Assembly: GCF_009914755.1 (NCBI RefSeq)
Contig: NC_060928.1
Direction: 5' to 3' (one strand)
Source of the DNA: the human T2T-CHM13v2.0 reference genome, Homo sapiens
DNA: 64,000 bases
This document shows positions 1-21,764 of the stretch, in pieces. Each line of letters begins with the position of its first letter. Position 1 is the stretch's first letter. Position numbers and translations under genes: made by a program. The notes beneath the pieces are model-generated. The model was not told the DNA's origin. It was given only the letters and a program-made list of their open reading frames with translations, and made no database searches.

Positions 1-262
1 TCTGTGTGAAAATTTTCCATCATATATGGTTTGTGACAAAAACATTCTAATATGGTAAAAATTAATATAATAGCTTTCATAAACACAGTAAGATACCCAA
101 TGTAATTTTTTCATGACTGTGTGACTCATGTGTACTATATATTGCTGTATACTGAAGGACACAAAGCCCCAACCCAGGTCTGGCAGTGCCTATAAAAGCA
201 AGGCTACAGACACCATCAGAGCTCTCTGATGATATGGTGTTCACATAGTAGCCATTAATGGC

Positions 263-5864
<5,602 letters not shown>

Positions 5865-5869
5865 AAAAC

Positions 5870-6480
5870 CAAAATTAAATTTAAACATTATCACATTTGA
5901 TAGAAAAGAGCACTATTTTCATCCAAAGCTTTGGATGAACCAATTATTAATGAAGAAGATAATTATAAAATATTTTTTTCCTGTGTTGAAGATACATCAT
6001 AGAGTGCATAAATGGGGGTTTTAAATTCTGTATCTTAAACTGCCGCCACAAGAATTTGGAGCAGGAACTGTCAGATGAAACATTACAATGTTACTGTATA
6101 CATTTCCAGTTAAAATTTAATTCAAACTTAGGTGAAACTGATTTGTATGAAGGGTTAAATCTTTTTAGAAAAATTTTTCTGAAACTATCATCAGTTCTAG
6201 GTATACTAAGGTTTATATTTTGAAACGACTTATTAATATGTATCCTAGTATTGTCACAAATCATAAAATAATCTTAACAGCTCTAGAAAGAGTGTGTCAA
6301 CAGAAAGATACTTTGCAAAATTAAAAATGTTCCGAAATTATTTACAATCTTGCATTTGTCAAGAGTAATTGACATCATTTTCAATTATATCAATTGAAAA
6401 TGAAGTTATTAAATGTATACTTTTTGATGAACTAATAAATTAATTTGCAGGAAAGTGACCCAGAAAAATCTTGTGATCAA
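5870..6480 (+). mobile_element. Fossil hAT-family DNA transposon, transposase C-terminal dimerisation domain (Tip100/Zaphod-like)
   Basis: 6300-6476 translates TERYFAKLKMFRNYLQSCICQE*LTSFSIISIENEVIKCILFDELIN*FAGK*, resembling the hAT motif ERSFSKLK..KNYLRS...QERL..L...SIENE...FDDLINEFA; an upstream frame gives YPSIVT..KIILT; left boundary approximate. Confidence 0.75.
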
Positions 6481-7714
6481 GAAAGATTTTATATTAATTA
6501 CTATTATGTGTTGCATTACATAAAAATGACACCATTTATGCAATTTGCAAGTTTATATTGTTATTCATGTATCATTCCTATTCTTTTTATAGGTAATAAA
6601 ATATTTTTAATGGAGAAAGCTTTTTCCTTTAGTAACTTTCACAGTACTTTTTCCCCCCACTTTTTTTTTTAAAAAGCCTCTACCTGACACTGTGGCAAAG
6701 AAGTCTGACAAACTTTTGCTGGTCTCAGTGTACTCTAACCAGCAACATACATCAGATTCTCCACATTGTCCACAAACCAACAGTGCTATGACTTGATCAG
6801 TTAAAAAGAACAAAGTAAAAGCTGTAATAGCTATTCAACTAAACTGCACAATTGGAGCACAAGCAGCACTACTATAAGACACCTCTAACAGAGTGCTGCA
6901 CAAAGGAAATCCAGACAACCACATAGTAAGAGACAGTGGAGGGGTATGTGTGTCTATACACTTTACCCATCTTCAATCCATTCTACAACCAGCAGCTAAA
7001 GGAGTCTTCAAAAAATGTTCAAACACACTTTGGCTAGACCCTCTTAGATTGCTCTAAGAAGAACATGGTTCCTCTGTGATAAGGCCTTGGGGGTGGATCC
7101 CAAGCTTAAGCCAAAAAATGTGTCCCTAAATTGCTATGAAGAAGACAACAAGGAATTTTTTCTCCTAGAAAAGATGGAGGAGAAAAGTGAAGAAATGAAG
7201 GCTCTATCCCAAATCATCAGTAGAGTCCAGGACACAAAGAATATTTGGTATAAAGGCACCATGACAGAATGGATGAAGCTGGGGTCCAGGATACAAAGGA
7301 GGCCAGAAGAACCTATGTCCGCTGGAATTTGGAGGAAGTGCTTGGGAGACGCTGGACTTTCACATACCATGGAAAGGGGCTGTTCAAATAAATCTCCTCT
7401 ATATCGCAAGGAACAGGGAGTTGCTGGCTGACAGCTGAGCTAGAGTTGATGGGTGGAATGAATAAGACAATGGATGAATGAGTGAATAAATGAACAAATG
7501 AATGAATGAATGAATGAATGGGTGGAAGGCATCCAGTACTGTGAAGCTAGACTGGAGGATTTTAGCATGGTACATTCTTCAGTACTTATAGAATAGATTA
7601 CGGGAATGATGTTTGAGTGTCAGAGACCCTAAAGTCTATTTGACTAAAAATGCCTTTTGATAATATTTCTAGCCACTTTAGCATGAGATTTCTAGTTATT
7701 ACGGGCCTAAAATC

Positions 7715-8503
7715 TTAAGGTCATCCTTTCCTCCTCTACTTCCAAGCTGTCAGTAGATCCTAATGATTCTACTTCAAGACCTAGCTGGAATCCAACCACT
7801 TCTTACCCATCCACTGCTACCATCCCAGTCCGAGCCATCATCTCTTACCTGGATTATGGCAGTAGCTTCTTGGCTGGGCTTCCACTCTTTCCCCACTTTG
7901 AATTATTCTTGACATTATTATCAGGTCAAGTGGCTTCTCTGCTAAAACCCTCAATGACCTCTCATTTCACTCACAAAGTCCAGTCCTTATGATGGCCTAC
8001 AAAGACTGACATGGTAGCCTACCCCACCACTGCCTACTGTCTCACCTCATCCCGCTGCTATTGTCTCGCCGCTGTTTCCTGCTCCTGCCATACCAGCTCC
8101 TTGCTTCTGCATGTACCTCAGGACATTTTCACTAGGAAGCCCTCTGCCTAGAACACTCTTCCCCCAAATACCTTCATGGCTTGCTTCCTCACTTTCTTCA
8201 AGACTCTACCCAAATGTCACTTTCTCAGTGACATCTTTCCTGACCACCCCCGACAACTGCAAAGCTGCCCACCATCTGGGGCACTTCCTAATTCCCTTCT
8301 CTGCCTTATTTTTCTCCATAATGTATGTCACCATATGACAAAAGATATATTCCACTTAATGGCTTTATTTATTGTCTGTCTCTGCCTGGTAAAATGAAAG
8401 CTCTATGGGACCAGGGACTTTTGTTTATTTTTTCTGAAGTGTATCTCTGGCTCCACCAAGGGTGCCTTACCCTATAGTGGGTGCTCAGTAAACAAATAAA
8501 TGC
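7715..8503 (+). mobile_element. LINE-2 (L2) 3' fragment
   Basis: Pyrimidine-rich L2 motifs (ccactgctaccatcccagtccgagccatcatctcttacctggatta; aaatgtcactttctcagtga) and a gtgctcagtaaa..aataaatg end; boundaries approximate. Confidence 0.65.
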
Positions 8504-9891
8504 ATTGGTCATTCTAACTCTGATTTGAAGACCTTGCTCTTTACAAACCTCCATTTATTACTGTAATGTTTGGAGGAAGCGTCTTAACCCCAGTCCTATT
8601 CAGGCAGTTGACTGTGGCATGAGAAGTAAACTGTGCCAGGAAATGCACAGTTCACCATCAGAAGCCCCAGAGGTATTGCTAGGGCAACAAAGATTATGTT
8701 TTAGCCAGTTTACTGGTTCCTCAACTGTTTCCTCTCATCATTCATAAATTTGCTGCAGAGATTGGCAGAGAACAAATTGGCTCAGGCTGCACTGCAGTTA
8801 GAGTTACAGGGGCCTTTGGTAAGTTCCCCTAAGAAGTCCAATGACCTTGTCTGAGAACCAGCAGGACTCTGGCAGAATCCCCAGAATTCTGGGATGCCTC
8901 AGCACAGGAAGCACTAATTCTCCTTTGCTGGGCCTGCTGATTAGCCATTCCCCACAGAAAAGCCCTTCTTTGTAAACAATCACCATCATAACGCCAATAC
9001 CATTCCAATACCCCTGCATTGCTTGGGATATTTATGTTCATTACCTATCTGTTGGTTTTGAGATTAAAACAATAGTGTATCTTGGATTGTGCTGTGCCTC
9101 TGTCCATACAACCTAATAATTAAGTTGCATTTTCATAATGCTTTCTGTAAGAACAGTCTTTGTTTGGAGACATTCTACAGTGCAGAAGCTAACCTTGCTT
9201 GCCCAGTCCAGATGCTAATGTTGGACTAAAAAAAACCCAAAGCCCAGAAAATCTTCTTTCCTCTAACTCACCAAAACAACAGATAGATTAAAGGAAGTCT
9301 TACTGCCTTGACAGGATAGATTTCATCACTTATTTTAGGCTGAATTTTGTCCCCTACCCAAATTCATATGTTGACATCCTAACCTCCAATACATGAGAAT
9401 ATGATATTATTTGGAAACAGGGCCTTTAAAGAGGTAATTACATTGAATGAAAACAATAGAGTGGGACCCTATGTTGGGAAAATCAGATATCCACATGGGA
9501 AGAATGAACCTGAATCCATATCTCTCACTATATACAAAAATTAACTCAAGATGAATTAAAGACTTAAATGTAAGACCTGAAACTATAAAAATCCTAGAAG
9601 AAACACCTAGGAAAAGCTCTTCTGAACATTGGCCTTGGCAAAGAATTTATGACTAAGAATTTATGACAAAGCAAATGCAACAAAAGCAAAAATTGACAAA
9701 TGGGACAAAATGAAACTGAAAAGCTTCTATACCTCAAAAGAAATAATCAACAGAGTAAACAGACAACCTACAGAATGGGTGAAAATATTTGCAAACTGTG
9801 CACCTGACAAAGGACTAATAGCGAGAATCTACACGGAATTCAAACAGCTCAGCAAGGAAAAACAAACAATCCCATTAAAAAGTGAGCAAAG

Positions 9892-10537
9892 GGAAGGGTA
9901 GTGGGAGGGAGGGGTAGAGGTGGGGATAGTTAATGGATAAGAAAAAAAAATAGTTAGAAGAATGAATAAGGCCAGGCGCAGTGGCTTGTGCCTATAATCC
10001 TAGCCCTTTGGGAGGCTGAGGCAGGAGGATCACTTGAACCTAGCTTGGGCAAGGCTTGTGAACAGCCTGGGCAACATAGTGAGACCCCATCTTTACAAAA
10101 AATACAAAAACTAACTGGGTGTGGTGGCTTATGCCTGTGGTCCTAGCTACTCAGGAGGCTGAGGTGGAAGGATCACCAGAACCCAGGGAAGTCAAAGCTG
10201 CAGTAAGCTGTGATCTAGCCCACTGCACTCCAGCCTGGGCAACAGAGTGAGACCCTGTCTCAAAACGAACAAACAAAAAAGAATGAATAAGACCTAGTAC
10301 TTGATAACACAACAGGATGACTATAATCAATAATAATTTAATTATACATTTAAAATAATTAAAAGAGCATAATTGGATTGTCTGTAACACAAAGGATAAA
10401 TGTTTGAGGGGATGGACACCACATTCTCTATGATGTGATTATTACACATTACATTCCTGTATCAAAACATCTCATGTACTCCATAAATATATACACTTAT
10501 GTACCCACAGAACTCAAAATTTTTTAAAAAAAAATTT
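9892..10537 (+). mobile_element. L1MA-type 3' end fragment nested in L1PB
   Basis: L1MA 3'UTR (acacaaaggataaatg..tgatgtgattattacacatt..cctgtatcaaaacatctcatgtac); host L1 resumes at a duplicated ..gcaaagg. Confidence 0.7.
9970..10280 (+). mobile_element. AluJ
   Basis: Dimeric Alu; TSD aagaatgaataag at 9958-9970 and 10279-10291. Confidence 0.9.
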
Positions 10538-10899
10538 AATGGGCAAAGGACATGAACGTTTTCCAAAAGAAGATATACCAACAGTTAACAAACATATGAA
10601 AAAATGCTCAACATCACTAATCATCAGGCAAATGCAAATTAACACCACAATGAGATATCATCTTACACCAGTCAGAATGGCTATTATTAAAAAGTCAAAA
10701 TCAATAAATGTTGGCAAGGATGCAGAGAAAAGGGAATGCTTATACACTGTTGGTGGGAATGTAAATTAGTACAACCTGTATGGAAAACAGTATGGAGATT
10801 TATCAAAGAACTGAAACTAGAACTACTATTTGATCCAGCAATCCCACTACTAGGTATCTAACCTAAGGAGAAGAAATAATTATATAAAAAAGATACCTG

Positions 10900-11002
10900 A
10901 TCCTTTTGTAGTTCATGAGCATGATGATTGGTTGTTCACGTACATGTGTGAGATGTGTCACCCTCGAACCTTGTGGCAATGTTGGAATATTACCTGTCTG
11001 AC
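10900..11002 (+). pseudogene. U13 (SNORD13) box C/D snoRNA retropseudogene
   Basis: atccttttgtagttcatgagcatgatgattgg..tgtgtgagatgtg..gaaccttgt..attacctgtctgac matches U13; box C ATGATGA 10921-10927, box D CTGA 10998-11001; A-rich tail; TSD aaaaagatacctg (10887-10899) / aaaaagatatctg (11034-11046). Confidence 0.9.
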
Positions 11003-11700
11003 ATGAAGAAAATTTAAAAACTTTTAAAAGTTTAAAAAGATATCTGCACTCATGTGTTTATGATAGCACCATTTATAATAGCAAAGATATGGAATCAGCC
11101 TAAGTGTCTATTAATGGATGACTGGATAAAGAAAATGTGGTGTGTGTATATATATTTATATGAATACGACTCAGCCATAAAAAAGAATGAAATCATGTCT
11201 TTTACAGCAAAATGGATGGAAATGGAGGCCACTATATTAAGTGAAAAAACTTAGAAACAGAGAGTCAAATACTACATGTTGTCATTTATAAGCAGGAGCT
11301 AAACAATGGGTCCACATGGACCTACAGAGTGGAATAACAAACACTGGAGACTCCAAAAGTGGGAAAGTGGGAGAGAGGTGAGGAATGAGAAGTTACCTAA
11401 TGGATACAATGTACACTATTCAGGTGATGGTTACACTAAAAGCCCAGACTTCACCACTCCACAGTATATCCATGTAACAAAATTGCACTTGTACCCCGTA
11501 AATCTGTTTTTTAAATAGGAAGGGGGGCAAACCCAATATGACTGGCATCCTTAGAAGAAGAAGAGTCCTGCATGCACAGAGGGAAGACCATGTGAAGAGG
11601 CAGCAAGAGGCGAGCCATCTGTAAATCAAGGGTAGCCATCTACAGAATCCAGGATAGAAGCCTCAGAGGAAGCCAACCCTGCTGGCACCTTGATCTACAA

Positions 11701-11921
11701 CAAGCTTGTCCAACCCACAGCCCACTGGCTGCATGTGGCCCAGGATGGCTTTGAATGTGGCCAAACACAAATTGATAAACTTTCTTAAAACATTAGGACA
11801 TTTTTTTGAGATTTTTTTTTTTTTAGCTCATCAGCTATCGTTAGTGTATTTTATGTGTGGCCCAAGATAATTCTTCTTCTTCCAATGTGGCCCAGGAAAG
11901 CCAAAAGTTTGGAAACCTCTG
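11701..11921 (-). mobile_element. MER30 (non-autonomous hAT-Charlie)
   Basis: caagcttgtccaaccc..tggctttgaatgtggcc..agctcatcagctatcgttagtgtattttatgtgtggcccaag..gccaaaagtttgga. Confidence 0.85.
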
Positions 11922-12504
11922 AATTCAAGACCTTCCTGCAACAAAAACTGTGAGAAAATAAATGCCTGTTGTTTAAGCCACTGAGGCTGTGGTATTTTGT
12001 GATGGCAGCCCTAGCAACCTAATACACAACCTTATTTCTCACGTTCTATTTCTGTTCCTGTGTGCTCTATCACAAGTGAAATGCTGGAAATTCTGAAGAT
12101 ATGAATGCTTCCAATGTAAACACATTTCTTAAGTACCTTCTGCAAAGTTTGTGTAAATGCCTTTAGAAATTATGGCCCCCAAGATTATTCCTATGGCAAT
12201 GGAGAGATGGTTTTTAAAATAAACTTCTATGGTAATATAGATGACTTAGGAGCAACCGTGAAGTTGATTTGTGGTAGGCTACCAGCCAGGATCTTACACT
12301 TAGCTTTATTAGTGCACCAGAGTTGGCTGAAAACAGGAATGCTGAACTTTTGCCATTCAAGCTCATTGAAATGTACAAACCAGACAGAAAATATGTTACT
12401 TTTCAGTAAAGGATATTTCTTTCTAGTGGCTAAAATACCCCTACTCCTTTCTGAGACATTGTCTTCTAACGAGCAAAATACTGAAGAAGATATATTATCA
12501 AATT

Positions 12505-12858
<354 letters not shown>

Positions 12859-13604
12859 TCATCCAGGTCACTATCCCTGTCTCAGCAGAGCCACTCTCCA
12901 GGCATAGAAAGCTGGTGATTTCCAGAGTAGCATCGCTCATCCAGACAGTGCCAGGTTGGCACTACCAACTTTGAATGCTCCAAGGTGACCCTGCTTTTTC
13001 TGTTTAACTACTGTTTATCCAAAAAGGACACAGTTTGACTTGTGTCAATTTGATTTGGAAAAGGAAGGATTTGATTTCCTCTTTCTAATGACAAATTGCA
13101 TTCAGGTTGGCATTTTAGCTGTTCACAAATTCTTCAAGTCCTCGTTTACAGGCAGTTTCTTGCTTTACTCTGGGAGACATCAATCATACCCACTGTATGT
13201 GGATTTTACTAAGCACTGAGAGCAGCCTTTCCTCCAGGTTTTAGAAAGCACATTGCTGTGATCTCATGAATGGACAATTACACCTGGTTTCCAGCAGGAA
13301 AAAAAATATCTATTCTAGGCACTAGCGTTCTTTATTTATCTCCCTCAGCAATTCGCTGGCTGCCCCTTGCTGCTCTTTAACTGTGTCCTGCCCACATATG
13401 TGTATGCTCAGCTTCTGTGACAAGTTGTACTTATCACATCCAAACATCCCTCTTGAATACCAGGGCACAGTTTATAATTTCTGTTTCACATAGGAGTAGC
13501 AGAATATCCAAGTAATTCTAGTGAAAGTTTGTTTGGTTGCAAGAAATGCACAAATTAGTTTGAATGAAAGTAGGAATTTCTTGTGGTGGGGGGTGGGTTG
13601 CAGG

Positions 13605-14208
<604 letters not shown>

Positions 14209-14448
14209 AGAACTTCTTATAAGAATACACATCTTATGGAAATTGAAGGCACTAAACCCAAACCTCACCCAGGCAAAGCAGCTTCCCTCAAGTTTGGCTC
14301 TAGTATGCAGGGTGAGAAGAGGGGGAGCTTATAAGAATGACTGGGGCTTTCCTAGAAATGCCACTCACAAGATCGTGTATAAAACAACCTTCAAAGTTGC
14401 TTGGAGGCCTAAGGAGGAAAGAAAATTATTGAAATATAGCTTTATGTG

Positions 14449-16787
<2,339 letters not shown>

Positions 16788-17127
16788 ATGTGACTTTTTT
16801 TTTAATTATAAAAAGCATTCTGTACTGCCTCTGGGTGACACAGTGATTTTAATTACATAGGCCCTTTCTTTTCACCTTTCCTGCTGTTTCTCCAACAATT
16901 GTTGGAAGATGGGTTAATAAGAGTCTCTTTCAGAGCTCTCCCAGGCAACCTTTCTATCCGTGTCACTGCCTCATCCAGTCTTTCATCTCCTCTTCTCTTT
17001 TTGCTGCTCTTCCATTCTTATCCTTTGCTTGCTTGGTCAGCTGCCTTTCTCAACTTTATTTCTGCACCTTCTCTCTTAAGTTTAACTTGATCCACAGCTT
17101 CATCCCTTTATTAAGCCACACACTTAT

Positions 17128-17130
<3 letters not shown>

Positions 17131-17163
<33 letters not shown>

Positions 17164-17413
17164 AGGCTGGAGTGCACAATCTCAGCTCACTGCATCCTCC
17201 GCCTCCCGGGTTCAAGCAATTCTCCTACCTCAGCCTCCTGAGTAGCTGGGATTACAGGCATGCACGACCACTCCTGGCTAATTTTTGTTTTTTTTAGTAG
17301 AGATGGGGTTTCACCATGTTAGTCAGGCTGGTCTTGAACTCCTGACTTCGAGATCCACCCACCTCAGCCTCCCGAAGTGCTGGGGTTACAGGCATGAGCC
17401 ACCATGCCTGGCC
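17131..17413 (-). mobile_element. AluS with a deletion near its 3' end
   Basis: 16-bp TSD gccacacacttattct at 17115-17130 and 17414-17429; poly-T tail. Confidence 0.9.
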
Positions 17414-17779
17414 GCCACACACTTATTCTATATGACCTTTCAATGCAAATCTTGTCTCTGTAACCATTGGGTCAGATTCCCAAGAGGGAAAATCTGACTG
17501 GTCACTTTCCATCCAGTAGCTTTATAGGTGTGGGCCACGTGTCCACTAAGATCTAATCAGAGCAACTGAAGGAGGAAGGGGGTCACATGCTAGCTCCCTA
17601 GTTTAGGGCACACAATGCTAGGAGGGAGTGTTGTGAGAGACAACAAACAGACTGCTATGTCCTCCACTCCCAAGTCTCCCAGCTCTCCCTGGTAAAACCA
17701 GCCCAAGATGCCAGAGCTTAACCCAATGCTGTATCCACTAGAATATTTACAATGAATATGCTAAAAATGAAGTTTCTCT

Positions 17780-19780
17780 ATCCAGAAATAGACCCACATA
17801 TGTGCAGTCAATTGATTAACAACGAAAGTAATACTGAAGTGAGAAAATATAGCCTTTTCATAAATAGTGCTGAAGCAATTGGATCTCCTTATGGGAGGAA
17901 AAGTAAACCTTGACCCCTACCTCATATCACACTCAAAAGTTAATTTGAGATGCAGTATAGATAGGAATGTAAAAGGTAAAATAAGAAGGCTTATAAAAGA
18001 TATGTAGGAGAATATATTCTTGACCTATGGGTAGGCAAAGATTTCTTCAACAGTGCACAAAAAACCCTATAATAGCAAAATAAAAAGTTTTTAATAAATT
18101 GAGGATCAATAAAATTTTTAATAAATTGAGTCTCAATAAAATTAATTTCTGTTCTTCACTATAAAGATAGTAAACAAAAAAGCCACAGAATGTGAGAAAA
18201 TTTGGTAATACATAGTACAAAAAAGGATTCATATCAAGAATATATTTAAGACAGTGTTTAATAGATCAACAGGGTAATTAGGGTGACTGTAGTTTACAAT
18301 AATCTATTGCATATTTCAAAATAGCTGAAAGAGAATAATTTGAATATTCCTAGCATAAAAAATGACAAATATTTAAGATGATGGCTATCCCAATTACACT
18401 GATTTGATCTTTGCAAATTATACAGATGTATTAAATTATCACAGGTACTCTGAAAATATGTACATCTATTATGTCTCAATGACAAATAAATAATAATTTT
18501 TAAACAAAATTAAATTTTTAAAAAAGAAGACATAAAGAACTTCTACAAATCAATAAGAAAAAGACAACAAAAATAAAAATGCGCAAAGGTTAGGAACTTC
18601 ACGTTACAAAGTATCCAATTGGCCTATAAGCATATGAAAAGTTGGTCAACATCATCTTTGACCAGGGAAATGCAAGTTCAAACCACAGTGAGATACCACC
18701 ACACAGCCACCAGAATGGGTAAAATTAAAAAGACTGAGCTACAAAGTATTGGTCAGGATAGAGAGCAACTGTAGCTCTTTTATGTACATTATTGCTGAGA
18801 GTTCAGCCATTTTAGAAAACAGTTTGACAATAACCACTAAAATTAAACATATCTTATGATCCATCAATTCCACTTCTGGGCATACACTAAAGAGAAATTA
18901 GTGCTTCTGCCAATTAAAAGACATATGCCAAAGTTTTTTGATTTTCTGTTTTTTTTGGGTCGGGGGGGTTGGGGTGCTTTTGTTTTTGTTTTTGAGACAC
19001 AGTCTCACTCCATCACCCAGGCTGGAGTGCAGTAGTGCATTCTCGGCTCACTGCAACCTTCACCTTCAGGATTCAAGTGATTCTCCTGCAGTGATTCTCC
19101 TGCCTCAGCCTCCCAAGTAGCTGGGATTACAAGTGTGCACCATCACACCTGGCTAATTTTTGTATTTTTAGTAGAGATGAGGTTCAGTCAGGCTGGTCTC
19201 GAACTCCTGACCTCAAGTGATCCACCCGCCTTGTTCTTCCAAAGTGCTGGGATTACAGGCATGAGCCACTACACCTGGCCAACATACATATCCTTAACAT
19301 TTTTATGTATAAGTCAATACTGAAAACAATCTGGATACCCATGAACTAGAAACTGGATAAATTCTGATATACTCTGATAATGGAATGCTATCTACAAATT
19401 TTTAAAGTCTACTGATAGAAGCAACGACATGAATGAATCTCATAGACATGTGCAGTGAAAGAAGCTAAACACAAAAGAGAAATACTGTGTGATTCTATTG
19501 ATAGGAAGTCCACAAAGAGAAAAAGCTAAGGGATTATGCTAAAAATCAGAATAGTGGTTAATTCTGGCAAAGGCCAGGGATGGACAGGGAAGGAGCGTGA
19601 GGGAGTTTCTCAGGTGGTACAGACTTTTTTATCTTGATCTAGATGGTAGCTACATGAGTATATACATACATAAAAATGTATTGAGCTATATATACTTATA
19701 TTTTGTGTGCTTCGATGTGCACTTCAATTTTGTAACTAAATAGAAAACTAAGTAAATAAATAAGTAGATTCTAAGAAAGA
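17780..19780 (+). mobile_element. Old L1M 3' region, with a nested L1MA fragment (~18250-18525) and an Alu
   Basis: Degenerate ORF2-end and 3'UTR motifs (ccagaaatagacccacatatg, gggtaggcaaagatttctt, agggaaatgcaa..aaaccacagtgagatacca, atgaatgaatctcatagacat). Confidence 0.7.
18980..19280 (-). mobile_element. AluS
   Basis: Dimeric Alu on minus with an internal tandem duplication agtgattctcctgc x2. Confidence 0.88.
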
Positions 19781-19910
19781 GACTAAATGGGCAGAAGCAA
19801 TGATCCTTCTCATTTTTTGTCTTTTCTAGACTATATTTAAAGCCATATGAAATAAAGGAGTAGAAATTAGTAGTACTGACAGAGTAATTAATAATCTCTA
19901 AAATAGCCAT

Positions 19911-20035
19911 GGCAGGTTGGGTGCAGTGGCTCAGGCCTGTAATCCCAGCACTTTGAGAGGCCAAGGCAGGAAGATCACTTGAGCCCAGGAGTTCAAAACC
20001 AGCCTGAGCAACATAGCAAGACCTGCCTCTACCTA
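19911..20035 (+). mobile_element. Alu left monomer (FLAM-like)
   Basis: gcagtggctcaggcctgtaatcccagcacttt..gagcccaggagttcaaaaccagcctg. Confidence 0.8.
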
Positions 20036-21764
20036 CGTTTTTTTAATTTAAAAAATATATATAATAAAACAAAATAAAATATCCATGACATCTCATTATT
20101 AGGATTTTTACAAATAATTTTTTAATAAATCCGTATATTTTCTCATATGGAAATGAAAAATACCATTCCATTTTAAATGCTCTGGGAGTCTTGATTTTCC
20201 TCACAGTCTGCATTTTCACTTTAACAATCAAACACACAGCGCCATCTCTGCCCTTAAACCATGCTTGAAGTCTCTGTTAGATTCGGAAAAGTGATGCAGG
20301 GAAACAGTTTTTAAGTTCTCAAAGCTGAAAAAGACCAAATGGATTTCTGTAAAGAAAGAATCAAATGGAATTAATGCTTTTTAGCCATGTTCCTTCTCTG
20401 GTGGGAAATGCAACCTTAACACAAGTACTTTCCACACTTGGCCTCCTGTTTGTTAGGAAAACAAGAAACAAGAAGTTGACCTTGGGAGGACGAATCTTGA
20501 GAACTCTGCTCCATGCAAAAGAGGTAGCAGGAGCAGCCACCAGCATGGGACTGAAGTGGGAGGAAGGGTGTTGTACACCTTGAGATAAAGTCTAGGAAAT
20601 TCAAGCTTTTGTCTGGAAGCAACATGCAGAAAAGTAGAGACACACTTGAGCAGAAGGAGGCACTGCTCCTTCTGTCACTGTGTTTGAATGACAGCTTGTC
20701 TTCATCTGACAGCTTGTCTTCATCCTTAGTGCCCTCCTGCTGACCTCCTGGAAAATTAGATTTGCACCCAAGTGAAAAAGTCTGCATGCATTTCCTCAGC
20801 CGTAATTTACTTTTTTAGAAAAGATGGTATTAGACAAGAAAATAGACTTTAAAAAGAAAAAAAATATGGTGTGATGGAATAGAAAGAACTATCCAAAAAT
20901 TTATTTGAAGACCTTGTTCTTCCATAAGTGGGTTATATGGCTTTGTGTGACCTGCCCCCCATCCAAGTTTTCTGGGTCACAGATTCCTCATTTGTGAAAT
21001 GAAGGGATTGAGTCTGATTATTTCTATCAGGCCTCCCTGCCCTAACACTAAGTTGTGTTTCATATTCTCTATTTAAAGAATCTGGAAAGGATGTGATAAA
21101 GTTTTAAAAAGATTTTCGTCAAATATGCTTCAAAAAGGAAAGTTGGTGCTTAGAGGGGTCTGCTTCCACCAATGTGACATTTTACCCCTCTGAGCACCTC
21201 CTCTGAGCTGATTTCATTTTGGTACTTTTTTTCTCTCTGTGTACGACTCTTCCAAATGCCAGTTCCTCTATTAACATCAGGCTCAATTCAGAATACCAAC
21301 CACCCTCCTGTGCCATCTCAGGAGCTCCAAATAGAATGTTACTAAAAGAACAATTGTTTTTTGTCTATTCACAGAGACAGAGAAATGGATGTAGGCAATC
21401 ATCAAAGCCTCAGCTCCCTTCCTTGAGCCCTGGGACATGCACCAGCTCCACTGGGAACAAAGCTCTGGCTCAGCAGCCTGACAAGGATGTCTACATTGAG
21501 AACCATTTATACAGGCTCACTGGCCTGAGCAAAATTGAGGGTTCACTGTTCAATTTCAACAGAAACTAAAAACAAACAAAAATAGACCCCTCTAGAAAAC
21601 AAGCTGAAATGACCACAGCTTCAGTCCTGTAATACAGGGTATAATTGTTATTAAGTGCTTTTCATGTGCCCAGTGCTACTACAGGTATGAGTCACTGAGC
21701 CCAGCCAGGACTCCTTATAAAAATACATAACCTATGGGAAATCGAAGGATTTGAAATTGGCAAG

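Larger units (their letters stand above)
9471..11515 (+). mobile_element. 5'-truncated L1PB (L1PB3/4-like) carrying nested insertions
   Basis: ORF2 C-terminal peptides ([10 protein letters not shown]; [13 protein letters not shown]); 3'UTR ggtgatggttacactaaaagcccagacttcaccac. Confidence 0.85.
9330..12027 (+). mobile_element. MLT1A/B-type MaLR LTR, split by L1PB (9471-11515) and MER30
   Basis: 5' part ggctgaattttgtccc..aaattcatatgttga..atttggaaacagggcctttaaagaggtaatt; resumes ~11530; ends tttaagccac..gtggtattttgtgatggcagccctagcaacctaataca. Confidence 0.75.

Noticed and set aside
18085-18145. Short direct repeats here and at 9641-9667 and 19076-19103
   Set aside because: Ordinary slippage duplications inside decayed repeats; two copies only, no repeat-spacer array
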